Translations under genes and position numbers: made by a program
NCBI GenBank assembly: GCA_964389675.1
Contig: CAYMEV010000026.1
Location: 1 to 40,549 of the forward strand
DNA length: 40,549 bases
DNA from: an uncultured Candidatus Sumerlaeota bacterium
GTDB lineage: Bacteria; CAYMEV01
Direction: 5' to 3'
Notes under the pieces: model-generated
What the model was told of the DNA's origin: nothing
Databases searched by the model: none
Seen by the model: only the letters and a program-made list of their open reading frames with translations
Part shown: piece after piece, positions 27,896 through 39,300 of the stretch
Layout of the letters: each line of letters starts with the position of its first letter
How positions within the stretch are numbered: position 1 is the first letter of the stretch

Positions 27896-30583
27896 GTGAT
27901 AAATAGATACTCCTCCCGGACACAGAGATTAGACAGGGATTTCCTGAGCAAAAAGCTTGAGAATGCCATGTATTATGACAGGATAGCAGGCTTTTTCTCC
28001 TCATCAATTATTGAGGTTGCTGGAGAAAACCTTAATAATCTTGAGAAGACCAGGATAATATGTAATTCCTGGTTGAGCAGGGAGGATGTCATGACAGCTA
28101 CTGCTGCAAGAAACGGTCTCTGGAAGGAATGGTGCAGTAATAATCCGGAAATTAAGTATGCAAATGCAAAGCCGAGGCTAAAGAAATTATTTGAACTGCT
28201 CAGGTCTGGAAAGATGGAGATAAAGGTCCTTACAAGCGATATATTCGGCTTAATACATGGAAAAGCTGGCGTAATAACCATGAAGGACGGAAAAAAGACA
28301 TCCTTTATAGGCAGCATAAATGAGTCGCTGTCAGCATGGGAAATAAACTATGAGATAGTCTGGGAAGATGACTCAGAGGAAGCTGTAAAATGGGTTCAGG
28401 ATGAGTTCGATCACTTTTGGGAAAGCCCATATGCTGTCCCTCTGTCCGATGCTGTAATTGAAGATATCTCCAGGCTGTCGGGACGTATCCAGATCGATGA
28501 TATAGATGAATGGAGAAAAGAGCCGGATGTTCCGAGCATAGCAGTTGAATCACCTGTGTACAGGAGGGAGCTGGGGCTGTGGGAGCATCAGAAGTATTTT
28601 GTGGATATAGCCTTTAACGCCCATAAGAAGAGCCATGGCGCAAGATTTGTCCTGGCTGACATGGTGGGGCTCGGAAAGACAGTCCAGCTTGCTATGTCTG
28701 CACAGCTGATGGCATTATTGGGGGACAGGCCAATTCTGGTAATAGTGCCCAAGACACTGCTCTGGCAATGGCAGGACGAGCTATACAACCTTCTTGATAT
28801 CCCCTCTGCAATCTGGGCAGGTAATCACTGGGTGGATGAGAATGATATCAGGTATCCCTATGATATTAGGAGATGCCCTAGAAGGATAGGAATAATCTCA
28901 CAGGGGCTTATAATAGGAGGAAGGGATGAATATAAGGATCAGCTTCTCTCAATGGAATATGAATGTGTAATTGTTGATGAAGCGCATAAGGCAAGGAGGG
29001 CTAATCTCGGTATAGGAAAAGAGAACGAGAGACCTCGACCGCAGAATCTCATGGAATTTCTTCTGAAAATATCTCAGAAGACAAAAAGCATGCTTCTTGC
29101 CACTGCAACTCCAGTTCAGATATATCCGATAGAGTGCTGGGACCTTCTAAATATACTTTCCCAGAAGAATAACTCTGTATTGGGCAGTCAGCACAGCAAA
29201 TGGAGGAAAGAGCCTAAAAAGGCTCTGGACCTTATCATGAAAAAGGATGACCTATCTGATATATCACAGGATTATATAGAGAACTGTGAATGGCTGAGGG
29301 ATCCTTTCCCTCCCGCTGAGGAAGATTTAATTACTTTTGGCGATATCAGGAAAAGGCTTAGTATTGCTGATGATGAATTTGTAATTAGTCCTGGGCTTAT
29401 TTATAATAATGACAATAAACCATTAAGAAGAAAGATTGAGAGGATATTTGAGCATGGGTTCATTGATAACAGCAATCCTTTTATCCGACATATAATAAGA
29501 AGGACAAGGGATTTTCTTGAAAACAATATAGACCCGGAAACCAATGAACCATATTTAAAAAAGATAGAAGTAGTACTTATGGGAGAAAAGGATGAAGATG
29601 CCATATTACTCCCCAGCTACCTGAAACAGGCATATACCCTGGCTGAGGAGTTCTGCAGGCTTTATTCAAAGCGGATAAGAGGGCCTCATTATATGAGGGT
29701 AATGCTCCTAAAAAGGGTCGGGAGCACAATGATAGCAGGCCAGAAGACAGCTGAAAGAATGCTGGAAGGTAAAATAACTGAGGATTTTGAAGAAGATGAA
29801 GAATTTGATGAAATTGAGAAATATAGTGCGGATGAGAAGAGAGTTCTTTCTGAATTTGCAAAGACACTTATGGCAAATAAGGACAAGGATCCCAAGTATA
29901 TTCTGCTTACAAAGCTGTTATTTGAAGAAGGATTTGCAGATAGGGGATGCATCATATTCAGTCAATATTATGATTCGATCTACTGGGTAGCCGAGAACCT
30001 CTCCGATGATTATAAAGATCTTACAATAGGCCTGTATGCAGGCGGAGATAAATCTGGCTATTTCCTTGACGGAAAATTTCATAAGAAGCACAAAGATGAA
30101 ATCAAAAGAATGGTAAAGGACAGGCTTATAAAGGTCATGGTTGGTACCGATGCAGCTTCAGAAGGCCTTAACCTTCAGACATTAAGCTCACTTGTAAATA
30201 TTGACCTTCCATGGAATCCTACAAGACTGGAGCAGAGGAAAGGAAGGATACAGAGAATAGGGCAGGAAGCAGATAAGATATATATATACAATATGAGGTA
30301 TAAAGACTCTGTAGAAGACAGGGTCCATAACCTTCTGTCAGAAAGATTCCAGAATATATCCAGTATATTCGGACAGCTTCCAGATGTATTGGAGGATGTC
30401 TGGGTAAATGTTGCACTTGATGAGAAAGCGGAGGCAGAAAAGATAATAGATGCAGTCCCAGAGAAGCACCCTTTTGAGCTGAGGTATGAAAAGCAGGCAA
30501 TAGGTCATACCGACTGGGAATCCTGTAGAAGGGTCCTGGACCAGCAGGAGAGGAAAAAGCCACTTCTGCTGGGGTGGAAGTGA
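27896..30583 (+). CDS. PLD-like nuclease + SNF2/SF2 helicase of the DUF499/DUF1156 system
   Basis: N-terminal YDRIAGFFSSS and IHGKAG..GSINES (PLD HxK). Helicase motifs LADMVGLGKT, VIVDEAH, LLATATP, EGLNLQ and WNPTRLEQRKGRIQRIGQ. GTG start. Confidence 0.9.
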   Translation: MINRYSSRTQRLDRDFLSKKLENAMYYDRIAGFFSSSIIEVAGENLNNLEKTRIICNSWLSREDVMTATAARNGLWKEWCSNNPEIKYANAKPRLKKLFELLRSGKMEIKVLTSDIFGLIHGKAGVITMKDGKKTSFIGSINESLSAWEINYEIVWEDDSEEAVKWVQDEFDHFWESPYAVPLSDAVIEDISRLSGRIQIDDIDEWRKEPDVPSIAVESPVYRRELGLWEHQKYFVDIAFNAHKKSHGARFVLADMVGLGKTVQLAMSAQLMALLGDRPILVIVPKTLLWQWQDELYNLLDIPSAIWAGNHWVDENDIRYPYDIRRCPRRIGIISQGLIIGGRDEYKDQLLSMEYECVIVDEAHKARRANLGIGKENERPRPQNLMEFLLKISQKTKSMLLATATPVQIYPIECWDLLNILSQKNNSVLGSQHSKWRKEPKKALDLIMKKDDLSDISQDYIENCEWLRDPFPPAEEDLITFGDIRKRLSIADDEFVISPGLIYNNDNKPLRRKIERIFEHGFIDNSNPFIRHIIRRTRDFLENNIDPETNEPYLKKIEVVLMGEKDEDAILLPSYLKQAYTLAEEFCRLYSKRIRGPHYMRVMLLKRVGSTMIAGQKTAERMLEGKITEDFEEDEEFDEIEKYSADEKRVLSEFAKTLMANKDKDPKYILLTKLLFEEGFADRGCIIFSQYYDSIYWVAENLSDDYKDLTIGLYAGGDKSGYFLDGKFHKKHKDEIKRMVKDRLIKVMVGTDAASEGLNLQTLSSLVNIDLPWNPTRLEQRKGRIQRIGQEADKIYIYNMRYKDSVEDRVHNLLSERFQNISSIFGQLPDVLEDVWVNVALDEKAEAEKIIDAVPEKHPFELRYEKQAIGHTDWESCRRVLDQQERKKPLLLGWK

Positions 30584-30743
30584 GAAAAAGATATAGTTGC
30601 AGCCAGTTTTTTATTGATATTATATCATCGATTATAAGAATTTTGATAAGGATTAAAATGGAATCAGCTGACTCTAAAAGAAAAGAAAGTCCTATGTGTA
30701 ATATATAATAAATTAAAAATTAAATAAATTAGAGGAATACAAA

Positions 30744-32399
30744 ATGGATAATATTCTAGAATTAAAGAAAATTAATCAATTACTGAAATTAAGTTTTTTA
30801 ATACCACCTTACCAGAGAGGATATCGATGGGGCAAGAACGAGGTAAGTGATTTGCTAAATGATTTAGATGAGTTTGTCCCTGAGCATATTGGTACAAAAG
30901 ATGAGACATGGTATTGCCTACAGCCTATTATTGTAAAAAAAATAGAAGGAAATGATAAATACGAAGTCGTTGATGGTCAACAGAGACTAACTACCATATA
31001 TTTAATTCTATACTACCTTAATGAGATGTATAAAGAAGAAAATAAGTTTGAGATCTTCTCTATTAATTATCAAACAAGACCATCATCACATGAGTTTTTA
31101 AATAATTTAAAAATAGATAAGAATAATAATGAAAATATTGATTTTTATTATATATCTGAAGCTTATAAAACTATTAATGGCTGGTTCGCGGAAAGGATAG
31201 ATGATTTTGATAAACCTAATTTTCTATCGAAGGTTAGATATAGAACAAGGGTAATCTGGTACGAAAGCAAAGAAAAAGATTCAATTTCAATATTCACAAG
31301 AATAAATATTGGGAAAATTCCTCTTACTAATTCTGAATTAATAAAAGCCTTATTTCTTAATAGTTCTAATTTTGAAAAAGATACGTCTGATAGAATTAGG
31401 CTAAGACAGCTTGAAATATCAAATGAATGGGATAGAATCGAACAAGAACTGCAGAACGATATGTTTTGGTGTTTCTTAAACAGAGATGACAAAAAGAACA
31501 ATCGAATAGAGCTTATATTTGATTTGATGAACGGAGAAGACGATGAAACTGATAATTACTCAACTTTTCGTTTTTTCAATAAAAAGTTTAGAGAGAAAGA
31601 CGAGCAAATTATTGAGAATAATTGGTTAGAAATAAAGAGTTATTTCCAGAGATTTGAGGAATGGTTTAATGAAAGAGATCTATATCATAAAATAGGATTC
31701 TTATTAACTGCAGGAGATCCCATTGAAAAGTTTATTGAGCATTCAGAGAAAAAAACTAAGAGCAAATTCAGAGAATACCTTGATGATGAAATCAAAAAGA
31801 AATTAAAGGGAGTAAACCTTGAAGAACTCCAATATGGAGATAAATACGTAAAAAGAGTTCTTCTTCTTTATAATATTCAGACAATGTTAGATAATACAAA
31901 TGACAATTCTTTTTTTCCTTTTGATTTGTATAAAAATGGAAATTGGGATATTGAACATATTACATCAGTAAAGGAGATGCCCCCTGAGAAGGATAAGGAT
32001 AAAGAGCAATGGTTGAAAGATGCTAAAACATTTATTGATGATGGAAATTTAAAAAAAAGGATAGAGGAATGTGATATTGATAAGGATTTTGAGAAATTGT
32101 TTGAAGATATTGTTGCATACTTTAATGAGGGTATTATCGATGAAGATATTAATGATATCTCTAACTTAACATTATTAGATTCAGCAACAAACAGAGGCTA
32201 TAAAAATGCAGTCTTCCCATTCAAAAGGATGACTATAATCAATAGAGAGAAAGAAGGTACATTTATACCCCTTTGTACGAAGAATGTATTTTTAAAATAT
32301 TTTAGTGAATATCCTCCTAAAATTTCATTTTGGTCTCAAGAGGATAAGGAGAATTATCGAAAGGATATTGAGAGAGTTTTGTCGCCATATATTAATTAA
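30744..32399 (+). CDS. GmrSD-like protein: DUF262 (ParB/Srx NTPase) + C-terminal DUF1524/HNH
   Basis: IPPYQRGYRW, VVDGQQRLTT and FTRINIGKIPLT. C-terminal WDIEHI and ISNLTLLDSATNRGYKN. Confidence 0.85.
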   Translation: MDNILELKKINQLLKLSFLIPPYQRGYRWGKNEVSDLLNDLDEFVPEHIGTKDETWYCLQPIIVKKIEGNDKYEVVDGQQRLTTIYLILYYLNEMYKEENKFEIFSINYQTRPSSHEFLNNLKIDKNNNENIDFYYISEAYKTINGWFAERIDDFDKPNFLSKVRYRTRVIWYESKEKDSISIFTRINIGKIPLTNSELIKALFLNSSNFEKDTSDRIRLRQLEISNEWDRIEQELQNDMFWCFLNRDDKKNNRIELIFDLMNGEDDETDNYSTFRFFNKKFREKDEQIIENNWLEIKSYFQRFEEWFNERDLYHKIGFLLTAGDPIEKFIEHSEKKTKSKFREYLDDEIKKKLKGVNLEELQYGDKYVKRVLLLYNIQTMLDNTNDNSFFPFDLYKNGNWDIEHITSVKEMPPEKDKDKEQWLKDAKTFIDDGNLKKRIEECDIDKDFEKLFEDIVAYFNEGIIDEDINDISNLTLLDSATNRGYKNAVFPFKRMTIINREKEGTFIPLCTKNVFLKYFSEYPPKISFWSQEDKENYRKDIERVLSPYIN

Positions 32400-32411
32400 G
32401 GAGCAGATATT

Positions 32412-34403
32412 ATGCTAGATATAAAATATAAAGGAAAAACATATAGCTACAGTCAATTGCTTAAGGAAAAAAAAGTTGAAATTCCAATAATTCAGCGAGA
32501 CTATGCACAAGGTAGAATAGATAAAAAAGAATTACGAAATGATTTTCTAGAAGCATTATTAGAAGCTGTTGAAAATAAAAGGGAGATTAGATTAGATTTT
32601 ATCTACGGCAATTCTGTAAATAATTCTTTTCAGCCTTTGGATGGACAGCAGCGCTTAACGACATTATTTCTTCTTCATTGGTATGCCAGCGTAAAAGATG
32701 ATGTTCCAGCTGATGAAATTTCTTCAATATTAAGCAATTTTAGCTATGAAACAAGGGCAAGTTCAAAAGAATTCTGCAAAAGTCTGTGTACAAATACAAT
32801 TGAGATTAATAATGAAAATGAGATTGTAAGTGAAAGAATAATAGATTCTTCTTGGTTTTTTTTATCTTGGAAAAAGGACCCGACGATTGACTCAATGTTA
32901 CGAACTATAGATAATATTCATCAACTATTTTATAAGATTGACAAGCTTTGGGAAAAATTGGTATCCAAAGAACCACTGATAAGTTTTTATTATGTTGAGC
33001 TTGAGAACTTAGGTCTTACTGATGATTTATATATCAAAATGAATTCTCGAGGAAAACTATTAACTGACTTCGAAAAGTTTAAAGCTCTGTTCCAAAGGAA
33101 AATTAATAATAATAACTGGGATGATAATAAAAATTTTAAGGATTCTTTTGCATGTAAGATTGATACCATATGGACAGATTTATTCTGGAAACATAAAAAG
33201 GACAACCGTATTGATGATTCCTTTATACGTTTTATCTCTTTTATTGCAATGTGCAGCGAGACAATTGAAGCCAAAGATGAGAGAATATCAGTCATTAGGG
33301 ATCTCCAGAATAAGCCTGATTTAGTTCGCGTAGACATGTTTACAGAGGATGGTTATAAATTCTTATATAATACTTTAGACATTTATTATGATATTTATTA
33401 TAAAAATTTAGATCTATCTCTTATCTTTCCTCTATGGCAGCATAAGCCTAATAGCAATTTATTTTCGGCATTGGTTTATGATGGCAAATTGAATGATACT
33501 TCATATACACAAAAAGTGCTCTTTTTTGCTCAGACTAAATACTTACAATTATTTGGCCAATCTTTTGAAAAAAAGAAGTTCGACGATTGGATGCGAGTTG
33601 TTAGAAATGTTATTTCACGAGGTGATGTCGAAAAAACAGGAAAACGTCCCGCTATTATTCGTAGTCCCGAGGCATTTGATGGGGTTGTTAATCTAATAGT
33701 AGAGTTATCAGCAGGTTGTAATGATATATATGATTATTTAGCTAATAATAAACCAAAATCCACCTTTGCTAGGGAGCAAATTGAGGAAGAAATACTGAAA
33801 GCTAAACTTATAAAAAAAGATACTAGTATTAAAAAATTATTATTCAATGCAGAAGATACAAATTTCTGTCAAGGAAGAATTAATTTTATTTTCCATTGTA
33901 TAAATTTTTCATCTATTAGTGATGTATTTAATAAAGATCTTTTTTTGAAATTAACTGATGTTTTAATCAAATATTTGAAACAGGATATTGATAATAAATT
34001 TAGAAGAGGTTTGCTACTAACCCCTAACAATAATGGTGAATATAAATTTTATAATTATTGGTGGTCTTGGTCTAATGTTGTAGCTGCAAATAAACGCTGC
34101 CTAATTGAAAACTACAGAGAATTAGAGTATTATATTTATGGTAATTACAAAAATCATGATCATTATAGAGAATATCTTAAAAACCTTCTATTAATGTTGG
34201 TTAATACAGACCTGGATCAGCTACTTAATAATTTTGTGTGCCCGCAAAGTATGCCAAACTGGCAATCGCGTCTTATTAAGGAAAAAGAACTTCTGGATAG
34301 CTGTCCATCCCATTATATTGCAATTCCAACTAATGATAATTGTTGTTACTTATTGCAGAGTAAAAGGCCACGAGATATGTTGGGACTGATAAAAATTCAA
34401 TAA
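32412..34403 (+). CDS. second DUF262 (GmrS-like) protein with no recognisable HNH domain
   Basis: IPIIQRDYAQGR, LDFIYG, PLDGQQRLTT and YIKMNSRGKLLT. RBS AAGGAG, 12 nt after the previous stop. Confidence 0.85.
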   Translation: MLDIKYKGKTYSYSQLLKEKKVEIPIIQRDYAQGRIDKKELRNDFLEALLEAVENKREIRLDFIYGNSVNNSFQPLDGQQRLTTLFLLHWYASVKDDVPADEISSILSNFSYETRASSKEFCKSLCTNTIEINNENEIVSERIIDSSWFFLSWKKDPTIDSMLRTIDNIHQLFYKIDKLWEKLVSKEPLISFYYVELENLGLTDDLYIKMNSRGKLLTDFEKFKALFQRKINNNNWDDNKNFKDSFACKIDTIWTDLFWKHKKDNRIDDSFIRFISFIAMCSETIEAKDERISVIRDLQNKPDLVRVDMFTEDGYKFLYNTLDIYYDIYYKNLDLSLIFPLWQHKPNSNLFSALVYDGKLNDTSYTQKVLFFAQTKYLQLFGQSFEKKKFDDWMRVVRNVISRGDVEKTGKRPAIIRSPEAFDGVVNLIVELSAGCNDIYDYLANNKPKSTFAREQIEEEILKAKLIKKDTSIKKLLFNAEDTNFCQGRINFIFHCINFSSISDVFNKDLFLKLTDVLIKYLKQDIDNKFRRGLLLTPNNNGEYKFYNYWWSWSNVVAANKRCLIENYRELEYYIYGNYKNHDHYREYLKNLLLMLVNTDLDQLLNNFVCPQSMPNWQSRLIKEKELLDSCPSHYIAIPTNDNCCYLLQSKRPRDMLGLIKIQ

Positions 34404-34564
34404 AATTTTCCATACAGTAAGCTTTTCAGATGGTAATTTATAAATAATGACTTCTGGATATTGTAAAGATATTCTTCTTTGCATCACATAGCGCTACCAG
34501 GGTACATACTTGCTGCGCTCTGCTTCTCCTGAATTTGAAATAATCATACTGTGCAGACAAGGCT

Positions 34565-35557
34565 TTACTTTGCCAGATCCTTCAATATATCTGATGAAAC
34601 CCAGTAGATATCGGAGTAGCCGTTGCCGTGGCTGTTGAATGCCTCGTTCAGGTCTGACAGGGTTAGTGATGTGCCTTTCAGCCTGGAGATGAGGTTTTCC
34701 CTGTTGCTTGCAAAGAATATATACTTACCGTCGGGTGATAATGATGCTGAAATGGCAGATGTTCCTTCTTTATCAATAGCCTTGCTTAAGTTTACTGGCT
34801 CTGACCATGTGTCATCCTTGCTCCTGAAATAGACGAAATATTCCGGGACTTCCGGGTCCTTATTGATCTTGCGCCCCTGCACACAGGCTATGAGGAAGAT
34901 TTCATCCGGGGCAATTACTGCATTATAAATGGCTCCATCGGAGTTTACAGGAGGGGGGAGGGGTTCGGGCTGATGATAGGAGCCATTTATGAATCTGGAT
35001 CTGTAGATCATGGGTTTCATAGGGTCAGAGGAGGGGCTGAAGGTATAATAGAGAGTTTTACCTGAGGTAAGTGAGGGGAAATACTGACTGTCTTCTGAGG
35101 TAACAGGGGGCCCTAACTCGTAGGGCTTGCTCCACTTTCCGTTTTCAAGCCTGTCTGCAACCCAGATATGCTGATGCCCCCAGCCGGGCTTCGGCTCTTC
35201 TCCCTGTCGTGGGGCAGTGGAAAGAAAATATATCTTATCTCCGTCGGGGGATAATGCCGGTTCAGCATATTTATAATCAAGGTTTGAGGAAAATGAGGCA
35301 ATTTCGGGCTCTGACCATTTGCCGTCTATAAGGCGTGTAACCATTATAATAGAGAGCCCGCGGGCCATAATGGTATAATAGATCTCTGTACCTTCTTTGT
35401 TTAATGCGATATCCCTTTCATACAGGCCAGAAGAGATCAGGCCAGGGAGAAATATCTTCTCCTGTTTGCCCGGGGGGTCCTGCCCCAGATATTTATCAGC
35501 TGAAATAGCTGATTGCAAAAGAGATATGATACATAATAACAATGCCAGTTTCTTCAT
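34565..35557 (-). CDS. secreted TolB-like / PD40-repeat beta-propeller protein
   Basis: Signal peptide MKKLALLLCIISLLQSAISA, then YLGQDPPG and the PD40 repeats EPALSPDGDKIYFLS and SASLSPDGKYIFFASNR. Confidence 0.85.
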   Translation of the reverse strand: MKKLALLLCIISLLQSAISADKYLGQDPPGKQEKIFLPGLISSGLYERDIALNKEGTEIYYTIMARGLSIIMVTRLIDGKWSEPEIASFSSNLDYKYAEPALSPDGDKIYFLSTAPRQGEEPKPGWGHQHIWVADRLENGKWSKPYELGPPVTSEDSQYFPSLTSGKTLYYTFSPSSDPMKPMIYRSRFINGSYHQPEPLPPPVNSDGAIYNAVIAPDEIFLIACVQGRKINKDPEVPEYFVYFRSKDDTWSEPVNLSKAIDKEGTSAISASLSPDGKYIFFASNRENLISRLKGTSLTLSDLNEAFNSHGNGYSDIYWVSSDILKDLAK

Positions 35558-35734
35558 TTAATTATCCTTTCTGATATTAATAGAATATTATTTAGCAGAT
35601 ACAGTGAATGTTTTCAATGTTTTTTATGTATTCAGGGTTTTTATGCAGGGTATAAAGGGATTTTTTGCTTGGAATTACTCTTATTTTATCTTAAAATCAT
35701 TGTATATATCATGTTTTACAGGGGGGGCAGAAAT

Positions 35735-36211
35735 ATGAATGCTGAAAAGGCCGGATCTGAATATACATGGAAGGCACGCAATGTGCGCCCGATAATCGGT
35801 GTATATGTAATGGGGGTCTTCGTTTTATTTATTTTGGCCGCACATTTTATATTTCACAGCCCAAGCGCTGTGAAGGCTCTTTTCCTGGCGGCGGTAGGAG
35901 CACTGGTGCCGCTTTTTCCTGCGATAATGAAATGGTCTGAATATCATTTTTCTGAATCAGGGCTTGAAAAGAAGAGCATTTCAAAAAATTCAGCCACCAG
36001 GGTTAAAATGCTTTTTTTATGGGAAGAGCTGAGCCATATTGTTCCAGCAGGCCCGGGATTCAAATACTATAAGAAAATGGGGGATTTTAGTCCTGTCGCC
36101 CGTTTTTTTAAGCGCCATTTCAGCGATAAATATTCCGGTGAATTCCAGGTGGAAAAGGCTGACAGGGAAGATGTCATCAGATTTTTAAGGCAGAAGGGCC
36201 TCCTGAATTAG
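35735..36211 (+). CDS. hypothetical membrane protein (two TM helices plus a PH-like soluble domain)
   Basis: Likely ATG 35735 after a G-rich RBS. Two hydrophobic segments, then YHFSESGLEK..FLWEELSHI. Confidence 0.65.
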   Translation: MNAEKAGSEYTWKARNVRPIIGVYVMGVFVLFILAAHFIFHSPSAVKALFLAAVGALVPLFPAIMKWSEYHFSESGLEKKSISKNSATRVKMLFLWEELSHIVPAGPGFKYYKKMGDFSPVARFFKRHFSDKYSGEFQVEKADREDVIRFLRQKGLLN

Positions 36212-36346
36212 AAAGCCTTTTAATTTCCCTTTATAATTTACCTGTAATTGATAATAGCGCTGAGGGTTTTTCTCATCATATTTATCTATATAGATTTTTT
36301 TATTTCTGATACTTGATTTAATAAGAATTCAGGAGTAAATTAATAT

Positions 36347-39300
36347 ATGGATGGAGGTATGGCCGGTATGAGAGATAGAATAATCTATTTGGTTTTGCTG
36401 GTTTTTTTAATTCCTGCTGTTTTATCGGCAGGGTCTTATCCTGAGTTTGAATGGGCAGTGAGTGCAGGAGGGGGGAATGGTTTTTATGAGGTCTGCGATA
36501 TTGCCTGTGATAATAATGGTAACTGGTATGTCATTGGTTATTTTGAGGGGACTGCATGGTTTGATGATATAGAGGTCAGTGCGGATAAGGATTATAATAT
36601 ATTTATTGCAAAGGTGGATGGGGATGGTAATTTTCTGTGGGTAAATACCATAGCAGGGACAGTGGGCAGATACAGCAGGGGTGCTTCGGTTGCTGTCGGA
36701 CCTTCTGGAAATATATTTATTACCGGTTCTTTCGAGGATATAGCATATTTTGATGATATACAGCTGGATGCAGGCGATCATTACAGCCTGTTTATTTCTG
36801 AGCTTGACCAGGAAGGAAACTTTCTGTGGGTACAGACTGTAAGCACCGGGCAGACCTTTGCAAACAGCATCACAGTAGATAATACAGGCAATCTTTATAT
36901 TACAGGCGGATTCAGGGGAATTGTAAGTTTTGGAGATGATCAGTTTGAATCTTCAATGCATGACCACTGGCATGTAACTGATGTATTTGTCTCCAAACTG
37001 GATTGCAATGGGAGCTTTATCTGGACTAATGTCGGGACCGGCGGAGGATGGGACTATGGTAATGATATTGAGATAGATCCTGCAGGGAATGTATATATTG
37101 CAGGATATAGTAATGAATATATTATGATCGATTTTGGCGGGTTTGAGGTAATTTGTCCTTCCAATTATATAGTAAAGCTTGATGCAGATGGTAATTATAT
37201 ATGGGTGAGGTCTATTTCTGATAGCTGGGAAATTAATACCTCCATTTGTGTTGATGATGAAGGCAATGTATATAATATCGGGCACTTTGACAAGGTAACT
37301 GACTTTGGCGGGATACAGCTCGAGCCGTATAATGATACAAAGGATATTTATATCTGCAAGATGGATACTGACGGGGAATTCATCTGGGCTAATCAGGTGA
37401 GGAGCCGGCGTGGTATTTATGGAGGCATGTGTAATATAGGAGTGGATGCAGAGGGGAATGTATTTATTACAGGAAATATGACATATGATGCTAATTTTGG
37501 AAAGATCCAGGTCGGTGCAGAGAACCTTTACAGTCCAGATATCTTTATAGCCAGAATGGATGCAGAAGGCAGATTTGTCTGGGCAAAGACTGCAGGGGGT
37601 ATAGATGAAGACCAGGGAAGGGCAATTGCAGTCAGTCCTGATGGAAATGCCTGTTTTGCCGGATATTTCACATCCCATGCTGAATTTGGCCAGACAGAGA
37701 TCTTTTCAGTCGGGGTTCAGGATATATTTGCTGCAGAGATCAATGGGGACGGGGATTTCATCTGGGTAAATAATGCAGGGGGAACAGGAATAACAGATGA
37801 TACAGCAGAGGGGATCGGCTATGATGATTCCGGGTATCTATATACATGCGGCATATTCTCAGGTACTGCTTATTTCGGCGATATAGAGCTTGTGTCAATG
37901 GGGTTTAATGATGTCTATATAGCAAAGCTTGATACAGAGGGTAATTATATATGGGCAATAAGGGCAGGCGGGATCGGAAGGGATGAATGCCAGGGGATCG
38001 CCCTCGATGACAATGATCATGTTTTTATTACAGGGGAGTTTAATTATACAGGTTATTTCGGAGATATAACCATTATACCGGAACATGACCGCTCTAATAT
38101 GTTTATTGCAAAGCTTGATACGGATGGGAATTTTATCTGGGTCCAGGTAGAAGATGGTGAGGGTTTAAACGGCAGTTATGATATTGCTGTGGATTCCTCA
38201 GGGAATTGCTATGTATCCGGATATGCTTATAATTCAGCTCATATCGGGGAGATAGAGGCAGAATCTCGGGGAAACTATGATGCTACTGTAGCAAAGTATG
38301 ATACGGAGGGCAATGTTCTCTGGATGAGCTCGGGAGTGGGTTCTGGCTCCAGTGAAACATACGGAATTTATGTGGATGATAATTATGTCTATATTACAGG
38401 AAGCTTTGGAGGCGAGTATATAGATTTCGGGGATATACGGATTTATTCATTTAGCGGAGATTGCACTATATTTATTGCGAAGCTTGATCATAATGGCGAA
38501 TTTTTATGGGCAAAAATGGCAGGGGGATATTATGGAGGAGATGAGGGATATGATATTGCTGCGGACAGTGAGGGCAACTGCTATGTTACGGGAAGTTTCA
38601 AACAGAGTGCTTTATTCGGGGATTTTTATATTTATAGGGGAGGGTATTCATCCAATACATTTGCAACAAAGCTTGATAAGAATGGAGAGTTCTTGTGGGT
38701 AAATAGCCCTCAAGCTGAAGGATCTAACGAAGGATACAGCATATATACAGACAAGTATGGAAGTGCATATATTGCCGGGTATTTTTATAAAGAAGCGTAT
38801 TTTGACGACATCTATATTGAGTCAACCGGAGAATATGACAGGGATATATTTGTCTCAAAGGTAGATACTGAGGGAAATTTCCTATGGGTAAGGAATGCAG
38901 GAAGTACCATGAATGACTTTGGATATGGAATTGATGTGGATGAATACGGAAACAGCTATATTACAGGCATATATGAGCAGACGGCATATTTTGATGATGC
39001 AGGTACGGTGTCAAGAGGGGGGGATGATATATTTATAGCCAAGCTGTCAGACCCTATGGTATTTGCTGATATTGTCTCCTTTACTGCTGAGGGGGAAGGC
39101 AATACAGTAAATATTGAATGGGTGACGGAATGGGAGGAGGAAGTTTCTGGATTCTGGCTGTACAGGCTGAGGGCCGATAAGGTAAACCCTTATATTTCAT
39201 ATATTCCCGTGCTATTAAATGAGACGATGATCCCCGGTGGGGGGACTGCCCCGGGAGGGAATTCGTATTCATACACAGATCATGTAAAGAACGGCTCAAG

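Larger units (their letters stand above)
4973..34403. other. anti-phage defence island
   Basis: Contiguous cluster of MAD678/DndFGH-like, HEPN-like, DUF499/DUF3780/DUF1156/PLD-SNF2, cyclase-like and DUF262 genes, with patchy base composition. Confidence 0.85.
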
